Origin: Eledone cirrhosa
Lineage: Eukaryota
NCBI GenBank assembly: GCA_964016885.1
Contig: OZ024740.1
Coordinates: 186,744,001-186,808,000 of the forward strand
Length of the DNA stretch: 64,000 bases
Direction: 5' to 3'
Every line of letters begins with the position of its first letter. Position 1 is the first letter of the stretch. Under the pieces are notes generated by a model, which worked only from the letters and a program-made list of their open reading frames with translations, was not told where the DNA came from and ran no database searches. Shown here piece by piece: positions 1-13,340 of the stretch. Made by a program: the position numbers and the translations under genes.

Positions 1-732
1 AACAGGTAGTTCAGTACGAAAATTGTTTTTGTGATCCTTGAGATTTATCCTCGGAGTCCTTGGGAGGAATGGTTCGGTCTTTTTTCCGATGCCAAGTTTT
101 GACATAATCTCAGAAGCCTCAAAGTTTATGGATTCTAAATTATCATGGTTGGTTTTTCGATATTTTTTCCTAAGTTCCTTTAGGATAAGGTTGTTATAGT
201 TATTCTTGGAAATACCATATAAATTATTGGTTTTGAGGAATTTAGGTTTGAAATTGTGTTCTTGAGATTTACAAGGTGCTCTTGTCCTTTGTAAGGGTAT
301 CTCTTGAATTTAAGATTTTTTATAATTTTTGTTAAGTCTTCCTCGAATTGCACTAGATTTTTGTTGGAAGGAGGATTTCTTCTAGAATTAAATAGATGAT
401 CGAGGAAGTTATGTTCCTTGGTATAGAAGTTCCCTTTTAGATGCTGGTCATAGAAATAAGCTATCCATCTAAGCCTTCTTACAAAGGAGTCAGTTTTTTC
501 AATTAGAAGTTTGGTGAATTCAGATTTACCAGGTATAGGAATGTCTTTAGTTGAATTGGTTATGTTGTAATAATCCATGTTGTAGAAGAAAAAGATAAAG
601 GACCATCAAAAGGTATCCAATATGATATCCAATTGATCTTATATATTATGTATACTCCAGTCCTACAAATTGTAGAGTGCTTCTTATCCGATATCTGCAT
701 TGCTTTATTGTACTACAATAAAACTCACCTCC

Positions 733-735
<3 letters not shown>
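1..735 (-). mobile_element. Penelope-like retroelement (family A): 5' part of the ORF, with an inverted copy of the element's 3' tip at 635-735
   Basis: ORF 180-578(-) has the PLE N-terminal motif 'STKDIPIPGKSEFTKLLIEKTDSFVRRLRWIAYF'. After a frameshift, 1-60(-) reads RTPRINLKDHKNNFRTELPV, the PLE RT 'LKDHK.NF' motif. 635-735 is the reverse complement of 936-1034. Confidence 0.85.
180..578 (-). pseudogene. PLE reverse transcriptase ORF, N-terminal region (frameshifted)
   Basis: N-terminal motif as above; the reading frame is broken near 180-230 and continues off the left edge of the window. Confidence 0.8.
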
Positions 736-828
<93 letters not shown>

Positions 829-871
829 TATATATAAATATATAATATATATATACATATATATGTATATG

Positions 872-935
<64 letters not shown>
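736..935. repeat. (TA)n microsatellite between two PLE 3' tips
   Basis: Read directly; the IYIY ORFs here are artefacts. Confidence 0.95.
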
Positions 936-939
<4 letters not shown>

Positions 940-1656
940 AGGTGAGTTTTATTGTAGTACAATAAAACAATACATATATCGGATAAGTAGCACTCTACAG
1001 TTTGTAGGACTGGAGTATAAATAATATATAAGATTCTAAGATGGTTAAAAGAGTTCCAAGTATTTTATTATGCGCATTTCAAAAACAAATATCATCATGA
1101 GATGATATCTGCGTTTTCATCAGATAAAATAGGGATACATGATATGAAGCTTAAAAAACACTTGTGAATAGTGAAGTTTTAAATCAACATATGAAAAATA
1201 ATTTAAGATTGATGTATGATATTGGGAAAAAGTGAGGGGGGTTTGGAAAGGGTGAGAAAGAGGAGGAGATGAGAATAGAGAATGGTGGGGGAGGAATATA
1301 AGAAGGAAGGATGAGAGAGGAAATAGAGAGAGAGAGAGAGATAGCCTTTACAACTGAGAAAAATAAATATTGTCTCACAGAAAGAAGTTAAAAAGCCGTT
1401 GGAAGATAATAGATAATTTAAAAGAATTTGAAATTAAAAGTTGATGAAGAGAAAAAGGGGGGTTAAGAATAATATTAAATTAAGGTTTGTATATTGAAGG
1501 GTTTAATAATCTGTTCTAGGAAAAGAAATTGTTAATATGTATTATTAAAATAAAAATATTAATGTTTTTAAGGATATACTGTGAAAAGAAGTAGAAGAGT
1601 GGATGAGTTATGAATTTAGAGGAATTATTTAGTGTTTAAGTTTGTTTTTATGTAAT
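936..1656 (-). mobile_element. PLE family A 3' UTR, hammerhead and 3' tip (inverted arm)
   Basis: About 1270-1656 is the reverse complement of about 2614-3011, the 3' UTR following the GIY-YIG ORF. Contains a hammerhead and ends in (TA)n. Confidence 0.85.
1061..1131 (-). ncRNA. Type I hammerhead ribozyme (family A)
   Basis: Minus strand reads tattttat-CTGATGA-[aaacgcagatatcatc tcat gatgatatttgttttt]-GAAA-tgcgca-TA/ataaaata: 8-bp stem I, long stem II, palindromic minimal stem III, AUA cleavage triplet. Confidence 0.85.
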
Positions 1657-3011
1657 ACCTATTTCGGTTCCACTTCCACCTCATTCAAGGTGAGATTTTA
1701 TAATCACAATTCTTCTTTTAAATACCAACTTAAAAGAACTAACACGGCACTCTCAGAACTCATATGGTCCTTGAAAGACAAAAATATTAACTATAACATC
1801 TCTTGTTGGAAAGTTTGTTCTGCCTCTCCCTACTTGAATGCCTCCCTATCTAGAACGTGTAATCTTTGTTTATCTGAGAAATTTACCATTATATCTAATT
1901 TAGATTCTATAATAAATAGACGCACTGATTTATTTTCTCTCTGCTTGCATAAATTCCACAGAACATTCCATAAAGTATACAGCTAATATCTAATACTTTA
2001 CTAGTTTAAAATCCTTTTTCTCAAAGGTTTATATATATATTTCTTTTAAAATATACCCATCTTTCTACCTTATTTCAATATTATTTATTATACATTATAT
2101 AATACTAGTTACTCATTCTATATCATTCCTCTTTATAACTTTCCTTTCTTCCCCTTTTCTTTCTTCTTTTTTCTTTTTAATTTCTAACCTCTAATCTGTA
2201 CTTTTCTTCCTAACCACTTCTCAAATCTTATTATTACTCACCACAACATATCCATCTTTCTTCGTATCATTGGCCATAAAAATTATTATTACCTTTTAAA
2301 TACATTATAGTATGACCTTTAATAATCCTTCGTAAACCCAAACATTTTTTTTTACGTTAGATTTTTCCTCCTTATTTCATTATATTTGTGTTCCTTTCAT
2401 GCTCGTCTGACTTTTACATATTACATACTACAATACATAAAAACGAACCCTAACTAATCTCCTTTATTATATTATATTATTACCATTAGAAAATATTTCG
2501 TAAACATATATATTTTGATGTTAGATATTTTTCTTTCTTAAACATTATTATCTTCTTTGTTTTCTGCGTTCATTTGTAAACAAACTATTTACATATATAA
2601 CGCACACATATTACATTACATAAAAACAAACTTAAACACTAAATAATTCCTCTAAATTCATAATTCATCCACTCTTCTACTTCTTTTCACAGTATATCCT
2701 TAATAACATTAATATTTTTATTTTAATAATACATATTAACAATTTCTTTTCCTCGCACATATTATTAAACCCTTCTATATACAAACCTTAATTTAATATT
2801 ATTCTTAACCCCCCTTTTTCTCTTCATCAACTTTTAATTTCAAATTCTTTTAAATTATCTATTATCTTCCAACGGCTTTTTAACATCTCTCTGTGAGACA
2901 ATATATATTTTTCTCAGTTGTAAAGGCTATCTCTCTCTCTCTATCACCCATCTCTCCTCCTCTCTCATCCCTCCTTCTTATACTCCACCCCCACCATTCT
3001 CTATTCTCATC
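1657..3011 (+). mobile_element. PLE family A: C-terminal half of the GIY-YIG endonuclease (to 1986) and 3' UTR, 5'-truncated
   Basis: ORF 1642-1986: YFGSTSTSFKVRFYNH...TALSELIWSLK...CNLCLSEK...INRRTD..CLH. Confidence 0.85.
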
Positions 3012-3019
3012 ATATATAT

Positions 3020-3350
3020 ATAATATATAAGATCAAAAGATGGTTAAAAGAGTTCCAAGTATTTTATTATGCGAATTTCAAAAACAAATATCATTATGAG
3101 ATGATATCTACGTTTTCATCAGATAAAATAGGGATACATGATATGAAGGTTAAAAAACACTTGTGAATAGTGAAGTTTTAAATCAACATATGAAAAATAA
3201 TTTAAGATTGATGTATGATATTGGGAAAAGTGAGGGGTGGGTGGGTGGAATGGGTGAGAAAGAGGAGGAGATGAGAATAGAGAATGGTGGGGGTGGAGTA
3301 TAAGAAGGAGGGATGAGAGAGGAGGAGAGATGGGTGATAGAGAGAGAGAG
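3020..3350 (-). mobile_element. PLE family A, second 3' UTR fragment
   Basis: Direct repeat of about 1022-1340. Its right part (about 3270-3350) is the reverse complement of about 2930-3011. Confidence 0.85.
3060..3130 (-). ncRNA. Hammerhead ribozyme (family A, copy 2)
   Basis: Same fold as 1061-1131, but stem III reads ttcgca, which breaks the palindrome. Confidence 0.75.
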
Positions 3351-3425
<75 letters not shown>

Positions 3426-3538
3426 TATGCTAGTGTGGAAGATAGACATTAAACGATATATATATATATATATTGTTATACTTGGGGAGGGTCATATTGT
3501 TGTTAGACAATATATATGTGTTTATATCTATATTATAT

Positions 3539-4041
3539 CTGTAACTATATATATATATATATCATCATCATCATCATCATCGTTTAACGTCTATCTTCCA
3601 CACTAGCATGGGTTAGACTATATATATATATATTTGTTTTGCGAGGTTTTTGATATGAAATCGTGTGTCAAAACAAATATTGTTATACTTGGGGAGGGTC
3701 ATATTGTTGTTACACAATATATATGTGTTTATATCTGTATTATATCTGTATTTTTGCCCGTCGGTCAGTCAATGGTAAACATTGAGGACTGAATGAATTA
3801 ACTGATATAAAAGATACAGAAGCGAAAACCAAACAAACAGTGAGTGTTTTCTGTTATTATTTCTGGCAATAGTATTACAACAATATGACCCTCCCCAAGT
3901 ATAACAATATTTGTTTTGACACACGATTTCAAAAACCTCGCAAAACAAATATATATATATAGTCTAACCCATGCTAGTGTGGAAGATAGACGTTAAACGA
4001 TGATGATGATGATGATGATATATATATATATATAGTTACAG
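3539..4041. repeat. Inverted repeat (3539-3711 / 3878-4041) including an RTE tail, TA tracts and the end of an unclassified element
   Basis: Arms are reverse complements apart from a short indel and repeat-length differences; 3471-3543 also duplicates 3678-3750. Confidence 0.9.
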
Positions 4042-4899
4042 GTTGTTTACAAACCAAAGAATTTAAGCGTTTAAGCCATTTAATAACTGACAATTGTTCT
4101 TACCCAGGTTATGCTACGTGTAGCAAATCATTTTATTCAACAATTTGCCATTAGTGAGTATAGACCGTTGGTGTCATCAGAGTTTAATTAAGATACCAAT
4201 ACAAGTCAACCAGGAAAAAATTAGAACAGAAAATTTATATATCACACATCATATTATCATGATAAAAATTTACAGTTAGAAATACTGTTAAAAAGAAATC
4301 GTAGTCAGAAAATTATAGTGTTAGTTATGTTTCTTAGTGAATTGGAGTTTATAGCTCAAAATATGGTGTCATTTGTATTAAAAGCTTTCCTAAATTTTTG
4401 GGATACATTCTATTATGCCATCAGCAATGAGAGGCTGTCTGTTGGGAATTAAGAGTCCTCTCTAACCCGTGTCAGATTTTATACACATACACACTTATAC
4501 ATATAAATACATACACTTGTACACACAGACACACACATACACATACTTATATGCAAAAATGTAATCTAAATATGATTTAACTGTATATTTGAAAAAAGAT
4601 TTGTTCCTTTGGTCATTATAACTAACAATTTGTAAACCAGTGAAAACACATAATTTTTTTATTGATAAGTCCAGTGTTAGTACAGAAGAATTATTACCAG
4701 TTTGTGTCACAGTTCAAAATTTGGTACTACTATATTTTCAAATAACAATCATCAACATCCCATCCATCACTGTGAACAGAAATATCTGATCAGAATTTTA
4801 TGAGGCTGGTAGAGTAGAATGGTGAGACAAACAAAAATATTTTAACCATCTTCTTTCTGTACTCTGTCCTCCATAATGGACTACATGCACTTTAATCTC

Positions 4900-5228
4900 T
4901 GTAGTATGTTGACATACAATCATGAGGTTGTGAATTTGATTCCCAGACTGAGTGATGCATTGTATCCTTTAGCAAGACACTTTATTTCATATTGTTTCCA
5001 TTTACACAGCTTAGATATGAGTTGCGATGTCACTGGTACCAAGCCGTATCAGCCATTGTCTTTCCCTTGATCAACATCGGTGGTGTGGAGAGGGAATGCT
5101 GGTATGCATGGACAACTACAGGTCTTCCTCAGAAAACCTTGCCTGGAATTGTGCCTCAGAGGGGAACTTTCTAGGTACAAAAAATTCCATGGTCATTCAT
5201 GGCAGAAACGGATCTTTATCCTTTACCC
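4900..5228 (+). mobile_element. tRNA-derived SINE, second family (CORE-like), decayed
   Basis: B-box-like 'gaatttgattccc' followed by 'ttgtatcctttagcaagacacttt'. Related pieces at about 49335-49430(+), 58270-58360(+), 61040-61160(-) and 62720-62845(-). Confidence 0.65.
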
Positions 5229-5750
5229 TTTTAATCTATGTAGTAAACTAGTATCATTATAGGCCAAAAAGGGAGAAATCTATGAGGTTGGTCATTCTGT
5301 AACTAAATCTCACACTTACTCCACCGTTATCAAAATGAAAACTAATTGGATAATGTGGTTCAAAATATAGGAGGTCTAAAATAGAAAATAATCATAGAAT
5401 TATTAAGACTTGGAAAATGTTTAATCATATGGCTGTGCAGCCATGGCTGGCTTATGGACAAACAGCAATAACAACAACTACTACAGTTGTAATACTGTGT
5501 TCCTGAGAAAAGCACATGAGTTGGCTCAGTCAGAGCTAATCTGGAGCTAAACTATAAGTAGAGGTGTAATGTTGTGCTCCTTAACAAGCCACATAGATCT
5601 GCTTGATCATAGCTGACCTGGGGCTAAATAGCAACTACAACCCCATAGCTGAAATATTGTACTCTTTAGCAATGAATATTTGCACAGTCAGAGCTGCCTT
5701 GAGGCTAAACAAAATTATCAATTACAGACATAATATAATGCCTTAGCAAA

Positions 5751-5798
<48 letters not shown>

Positions 5799-6535
5799 TA
5801 GGTCAGAGTTGGCCTAGGGGCCAACAACCATAATGTTTTCATTCTCAACAAGTTACAAAAGTCTACTTCCTCCTTTTTCTATGACTTTGAAATGAAAAAA
5901 GAAAAGAAGGTTTCATCCTTTCTGCTTTATATTAAAATAGTTAGCAGAACGAACAGCATGTAGCTTCTGAAATAATTATTCCAACAAAAACTATCCAACC
6001 CCAGTAAGGATGTGAGAATGCAATTAAAACAGTAAAACATTATTTGTATGTGTGTGTATGAGTGTATTATTTATAAGGTGATTTATTATTCTTCAAGAGT
6101 TTATAGAAAACCTAAGATGAAGGTATATTATAGGTGGTATGTATGATATATATATATATGTGTTTTTATATGGTACTAGATTTACATAAATATCTTATTC
6201 AGGTAAAAATCAAGTTCTCTATACTCCTTTGGCTTTTCCATCTACCACAGATCCGTATGTGTGTGTATACATATATATATATGTTTGCACCTGAGCACAG
6301 TACACAATAATTTCATTATTATATACATATATGTGTGTATACAGATATGTGTTAACATGTAGACATGAGTATATGATGTAACACTTATTCTTTGTTCCCT
6401 TATATATCATTATTATTGAGACTCTACCCCCCCCCCCCCCACGAGCAACGAGTGCTCATATCGGCAAACTGCCTATGGATGCAAATAGTTTGCACCTTTA
6501 ATACCTATATATATATATATATGACATATATATTT

Positions 6536-6975
6536 AAGAATTGACCCCAGAAACCTGGAAAGTCTGGCATTCAGAAATATGGGATGGTGGGAAACCTTTG
6601 AGCAAATCAGGCTAATGCAATTAAAAATTAAGAAGAATATAAGAAAAAACTAGCCACTAAAGGAATATGAAATTCAAGCACCTTTTTCTACTTGCACAAT
6701 TTGTGACAGAATCTGTATGTCAAAAACTGGATTTCAGTCTCACATAAAAGCACACATTAGGGCACTTCTCTCTGACTATAGAACATACAAACCCTTATCA
6801 TTGCCACATGTACCACAAGATCTACAAGATCTCAAGGAGGTCTAAAGAGACATTTCAAAATCCATCAAGATACACAGACAGTCTAAACTGCAGCCAAACT
6901 AATAGGTAATTTATGTGGACGACCTTTTAAAAGTATGTTTGGTATAAAAAGCCACATTAAGTCCTTATGCCTGAA
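6536..6975 (+). mobile_element. Decayed 3' end of an RTE-type LINE with three C2H2 zinc-finger remnants
   Basis: Manual translation: IDPRNLESLAFRNMGW; CTICDRICMSKTGFQSHIKAH; CHMYHKIYK/SQGGLKRHFKIH; NLCGRPFKSMFGIKSHIKS. Frameshifts and stops are present. Confidence 0.6.
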
Positions 6976-7739
6976 CTAAGCATCATGTACACTGAAGAGG
7001 CCAAGTTTTGATTTGAGTAAACAACCAATATATATGTATATATATATGTATATACATATATATATATACCACATAACACACACTCACCCACGCACACACA
7101 CACACTTATATATATACAAGTATCTACATGCACTGTATACTATGTATACATTACAAATCTTACTCTTTCTCTCCCTGCTCTGATTTTAACATTGAATTCT
7201 TTCATCGTTGATTACAATGATGAGTCAATCAAAATTATATATATATATGATGATCATCATCCTCATTTTACGTCTGCTTTTCCCTGCTTGCATATATATA
7301 TATATATATGCTAGCGTGGAAGAACGGACGTAAAACGGTGATAATGATGATGATGATGGAGAGAGAGTGAGAAACATGTATGCATACACACACTTGCACA
7401 CACGCGCACACACATGCACACACGGACACACACACACACACACAAAGATTATGTGTGATGTATTTTGTATCTGCTTTAGAATTAGATTTGGAGTGCTACT
7501 TAATTTTGATAAATGACTACCAGAGCATAGCTGTGTGTGCATAATTTGAGTACTAAGTTTAAGCCAAAAAAAATCAATCCAGCATTACAACTGTGATTTT
7601 AATTGAACTTAGTTATGGTGGGTGTTAGTACCCTCAAGACAGATAATCAATTGATGTCAATCACTGTGAGACTGATCCTGAATTATTAAGTAATTTCTGT
7701 GTCTGTGTGTGTATATGTACACAGACACATATATATATA

Positions 7740-7778
<39 letters not shown>

Positions 7779-8266
7779 GCTGGGGAGAGAGAGGTAGAAT
7801 CCATGATATACTGTATAATGTATGAGAAAGAATTCTAAATTAATTGAAATTTGCAGAATGAAAGCAAAATCCTAGTGGCAATTATTACCAATTCTCAACC
7901 TACGTTAAGAGGAGAATATATAAAGAAATTAAGCTTTAAATTCACAGAAAATTACTTAGGAGAAAAACTGCTGCTTTGGTTTAAAGACCTCAACAGATGA
8001 GGATAATATTTTTAAGCCTGCTTTCTCTTAACCTCTCTCATATGAACTTATTTATACATCTTTTTCACATTTCACTAGGATGTATATGCTCCCTCATTTG
8101 AATTACTGCTTAGAAAGCCATCTCTATCTCTTAACATTCTTATAATAAATATATTACTCAGAATTTTACGTAGCATTATATTCCGTTAAACATTCACCTT
8201 TTAAACATTTAAGAACACATTAATATATAGGTATGCATTTATATGTGTGTGTACACATAACAAATT

Positions 8267-8395
<129 letters not shown>

Positions 8396-8702
8396 GGCAG
8401 ATAAATATGCTAACAGACTTTGAAATGTATACTTGGGTTGATATGATTAACTCAACTTTTAAAGGCAGTGCTTCAGAATAACTGAATTCATATTTACAAA
8501 AGAATGAGCCCTCAATAATAGTGCATATGTATATATAGAGTCTTGCAGTCTAAATATGGTAAGTGGGAAAAAGTTTCAATCACCTGACACTATAGTCATT
8601 TGCTGGTGATATATATGTGCGTTTGTTGGTATGTATGCATTTATATATATATATACACACCCCCAACACACACACATACACACACACATACACACACACA
8701 TG

Positions 8703-8766
<64 letters not shown>

Positions 8767-9519
8767 TATATATATACATATTTATATATATATATATATA
8801 TACATACCAACACATACACATATATATATATATATATATGCAACATATATATCCCCACAAAAATCAAAACCACTCTACGAACGAACAAATGAGCATAGTG
8901 TCAGATGATTGAACAATGTGTTTATATATATATATACATATATATATATATTTATATAAACACATTGTTCAGAAATAAAATTGGATAAAAATGGTAATAA
9001 TGTAACATTTTTATTTCATTTTCCCCTGTCAAACTGAAGTGTTTGGAACTACAATAAAACTCAAGCTGTGTTAAATAAATGCTTTCTAAGTTAACGATTT
9101 TTATGATGTCTTAAAAAACTATCTTTATGTTGTTTCATTTATATATTCTTATTTATTTAATTATCATTTCAATGTTGATGTTCTATATTTATTTGTTCCA
9201 TGCAAGTAGTTTTACATTGAATAACACTTGTGATATTTTTCTCCTTGCCAAAATTGTAACTATATTTCCTGTCACCTTATTATAAACTTGTAATAACTGA
9301 AACAATTTAAGTAATATGGTGTGTGGTATCACTTCAGACATCTTTTGTGTAGTGTAAAAACACATTGGATGCTCAGCTGTAACAAAATATGCAGACAAAT
9401 GCACATGAACTCATCACTTCAAATTAGTATATGAGACAAGTTAGTGAATATATATATATATCACATTTTGAAAACATCCATGCAGTTTCATTTATTTAAG
9501 CACTAAAATATGGACATTA

Positions 9520-9688
9520 GGGTCTGACGCGATGCGTTGCAGCAAAGAGTTACGGCCCTTTGTAGACCGAGTTCAAATCCCACCAAGGTTAACTTTGCCT
9601 TTCATCCTTACGGGGTCAATAAAATAAAGCACCAGTAATACACTGGAATAATTGCTGGCCTTGTGCCAAAAGTAGAAACAATTATTAT
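9520..9688 (+). mobile_element. tRNA-derived SINE (main family)
   Basis: B box 'gagttcaaatccc', core 'aactttgcctttcatccttacggggtc', tail 'gctggccttgtgccaaaagtagaaacaattatt'. Confidence 0.85.
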
Positions 9689-9915
9689 ATCTGAAATAGA
9701 AAGGTAGACCAAAATTCAATCACCAGTTTAATATTAAGAACGTTAGTTTATATGAGCCCCTCATATTTTCGATTACTTTCAAAATTATTTGAAAATCATA
9801 GATAGTATATTATTAGAAATTTGTAACAAAAGTATTAAAAATGTAAATGAATCATAAAATTTCTAAATGAGTAAAAAAATTATACACATTCCCTCAATTA
9901 CATACTGAGTATCAT

Positions 9916-10230
9916 CTTCATCATTATCATCATCATCATCATCATCATACGGTTTTTCATACAGGCATGGATTAGATATCTGCTTCTCCATGTTGGCATG
10001 TGTTGGACAGGGTCTTTTAGCACAATGATATATGGCCAGATGCTGTTCTTGTGACAACCCTTTTAGCCTCCTCCTATGATATGCAGGAAAACTGTATATA
10101 TATTCTAAGACTGGAATACAAATTACAAAAGGGAATATTGGTGTTTCCCTAGAAAAACTTTTGGGGCAATCCCAAATTTCCATAGCATTACTGAAATAGC
10201 CAAGCCCCCTCATAATCATTACTTGCTACT
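9916..10230 (-). mobile_element. Decayed RTE 3' fragment
   Basis: (ATC)n tail and similarity to the reverse complement of the RTE 3' end at 31.0-31.4 kb. Confidence 0.6.
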
Positions 10231-10581
10231 TCTGTACAATAAGTTCATCATCTAGGTTTCTATCTTTCTCTATGGCTCTATGACATAGTTCTTGCGCTGC
10301 CATCTTCAGAGCTGTTTAGAAGATGACTCTGAAAGAGACACTGAAATTGACAAGAAAGACCTACAAAGCCTTGTTGGGAAACAGAAACTGTTGGTGTGAA
10401 GTTGTGATTGCTGTCTTGCTAAAAGGCAATGAATTAAGTATAAGATAAGATACCAATAATGACAGAAACCTTGTAGTCAATAAGATCAGCTCCCCAAACC
10501 ATTTCAAATGCAAATGGTTGAATTGTGTAATTCACTGAGGAATTATTTTACATATTTGCTTATGGTTATTCATTTTCAAGA

Positions 10582-10800
10582 AGGGTGGTAGATTGGTAGA
10601 ATTGGTTGAGCGTCGGACATGTTTTACAGCATATATTTACATCCCTTTACATTCTGAGTTTAAATCCCACCAAGGTTAGCTTTGCCTTTCATCCTTACAG
10701 GGTTGATTAAATGAAGTACTAGTAATTCACTGGGGTCAATTTAATCGACTTTTCCCCTCCTCCAAAATGGTTGCTCTTCTGCCTATATCAGAAGCCATTA
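10582..10800 (+). mobile_element. tRNA-derived SINE (main family)
   Basis: A-box-like 'tggtagaattggttgagcg', B box and the conserved core. Confidence 0.8.
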
Positions 10801-11164
10801 TTCATCTTCAAGAAACTTAATAACCTTTTTGTTTTCTTTTTTCTTTTCTGTTTTATTTTCATTGGATTATTTATTCATGGAACATATTTTCCCAATAGTG
10901 CAGGAGAAAAAATTCAGGCTTTAAAAGCAACAGGTTTTAATAATGTAGAGTGGAACTCATCTTCCATTTTAACAGTACTATAATTTGAAAGAGAGAGAGA
11001 GAGCAGGGCGGTGGTAAGCAGAAAAGAAAAGAAAATGATATTCTATGTTGTAAACATGTAACAATAGTTGGAGATGATTATATCTGCATTCAATAATGTT
11101 ATTTAATTTATGACCTTTTACCAACTAAGCCAAAGATGTCATTTTACTAATTTTGAAAATTTCT

Positions 11165-11182
11165 AACAACATTTCCACCACC

Positions 11183-11214
<32 letters not shown>

Positions 11215-11480
11215 CAATGCAATCACTAACAATGCCATCACCAGCACCTCCAACAACAACACAATCACCAGCAACAACACTACCACCAGCACTGCCATCA
11301 CCACAACCAACAACAGAATCGTTATCAATATCACCACCAATAACATAATCACTAACAATGCCATCCCCACCACCACCACCACTACCACCACTATCACCAA
11401 CACATCCACCAGCACCACCAACACAATCACTAAAAATACTACCACCACTACCACAGCCATCACCAACACAGACATCACAA
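11165..11480. repeat. Degenerate (CAC/AAC/CAT)n trinucleotide tract
   Basis: Read directly; produces spurious Thr/Asn- and Val-rich ORFs. Confidence 0.85.
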
Positions 11481-13281
11481 ATCATTCCCCACTGCTACAA
11501 CCATCCCATTTCTCACTTGGAATGATTTTTATATTCTTGTTCTGATAATATATAATATTTCTATTTTATGTTATTGTGCTAGTATATACATTACAAAAGT
11601 CAATCTAATTCCATTTTAGCTATCATTCTTCATATAAATGATACAGCTTTAATTATCTACTGTTTTTCGATTTTTAAACTCTTTTCCTCTTCCCTCCCCA
11701 ATTATCTCTTCTTTACATCATGACGTTTTGTTTTATTATTTTAGTTTGTTTATTCATATTGTGGATTGCTTCTGAGATCGTATTATTTACGATCTTAACA
11801 AGCAGTGGTGTTAGAACTTAATTTTCCATTATTTTAAATAATACCCCTAAAATCAGTAAACTGTAGCAATTCAATTTCATCATTCAATAGATAGTTATTT
11901 ATAGATTTAACTTAAAAAACAAATAACTCCTTGTTTTTAATCATACAAATCTTCAAATATTTAGGAAAATGAAATATGTTCTTTCTCTTTCAATTTTTCA
12001 TAAAAAATAAGTTTAAAAATGAATATGTGTGGGATGAGGAAATTAATATTCTTACTGTAATAACTGAGTTATGTAATTGAAGATTCATCTTAAAGAACTG
12101 ATATGAAATTAATTAATTAAAATAAATTATATTAGAATGAAGAACATTATGAATTCAAATTATTTTTATTAATTATTTTCTTGCCCCTACTATTTTACTG
12201 TTTAGTTGACAATGGAAGAGGCAGTGCATCTAGAAATTCTTATGCCCCCCCCCCCCCTCCCAGATTGATAGGAGTGAGAGAGGAAAGTATCCTCAGATCA
12301 AAGATCTGGTTTGAAAGCTTGCAAGAAAACGGTATCTTCTAATGACACCCAACGACCATATTGCGGTGTTAAGTTTGGTGACAGATTAAATGCAAACAAC
12401 TGAAACAAACTCATTTAATGTTCTAAAAATCTGTCTAACAACCATTCTGGACTAATTATTTTATTGAACTCTCAAAAAAAGGCAAAATTGACCTTAGTGG
12501 AATTTGAACTCAGTGTATAAAAAGCCAGAACAAACGTTGCATGGCATTTCGTCCTATGCTCTAGAAAAAAAGCCAATTCGTCACCTGATAATTACTTCTG
12601 GGAGAAATTTAATTTTTGTGCCTGAAGCAATCATCAGTTCTAGCCTTAATCAATACCAATATATCTTTCTAACTTCCTTGCTTCGGCTAGTAAAGATGAA
12701 CTATTTGCTATATTGAACAAGCTACAACACTTAATATTTTTCACCTGTGACCATGACTGCTTCCTGACACATCCACTCCACTCTGCATTGTCTATATTGT
12801 CCGATTTCTCTGAAAGATACCTCCCATGCTTGTTGTTTCTAGATTTGAAACACTTCTAGAATGAATTTCTCTCTACTAATTGCTGTCAGAATATCAGTTT
12901 ATCAACGTTTTTCAACTCACGTTTTTCAACTCAAATGGAAGTATTACATATTCCCATTTCCTTCTCACGTGACTGCACAGAATTTACAAAGGCACATCAT
13001 GGCAGTAGTTCCTAAAATATTTTGTTATTTCTTCCTTACTAGAAGAAAATTCTTTCACCTCAATCTCATCCACAGCTTCATAAATATTTATGATGCTTCA
13101 GAAATATCCAATTAGTCAGATCTCAGGAAATTTCTCAGTCAATTATCAACAGAGAAAAATTGCTTCACTCTTGATCCATCAAAACCTATTATTTGTTTCA
13201 GATGAGCTTTCAAATTCCTCACCTCATTAAATTTTTCAGTCTTTCCTAATAAGGAGTTTGTTAAAGATTATGCTGCTGTTG

Positions 13282-13340
<59 letters not shown>

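Noticed and set aside
633-970. IYIY/CVCV/THTH/ERER ORFs here and throughout the window
   Set aside because: Translations of dinucleotide microsatellites.
5420-5830. CRISPR-like repeat-spacer array
   Set aside because: Eukaryotic context, degenerate repeats, mutually related spacers and no cas genes.
10270-10315. CTGAAGA motif on the minus strand with a nearby hairpin
   Set aside because: GAAC instead of GAAA and no UH site.
10914-10977. Candidate terminal exon on the minus strand (TVKMEDEFHSTLLKPVAFKA*, AATAAA downstream)
   Set aside because: Too short and unrecognised; such signals are common in AT-rich DNA.
11125-11545. Thr/Asn-rich mucin-like and Val-rich membrane-like ORFs
   Set aside because: Trinucleotide tract open on both strands, with no splice or domain evidence.
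12730-13260. Coding-like minus-strand stretch
   Set aside because: Many stops and no motif I could recognise.
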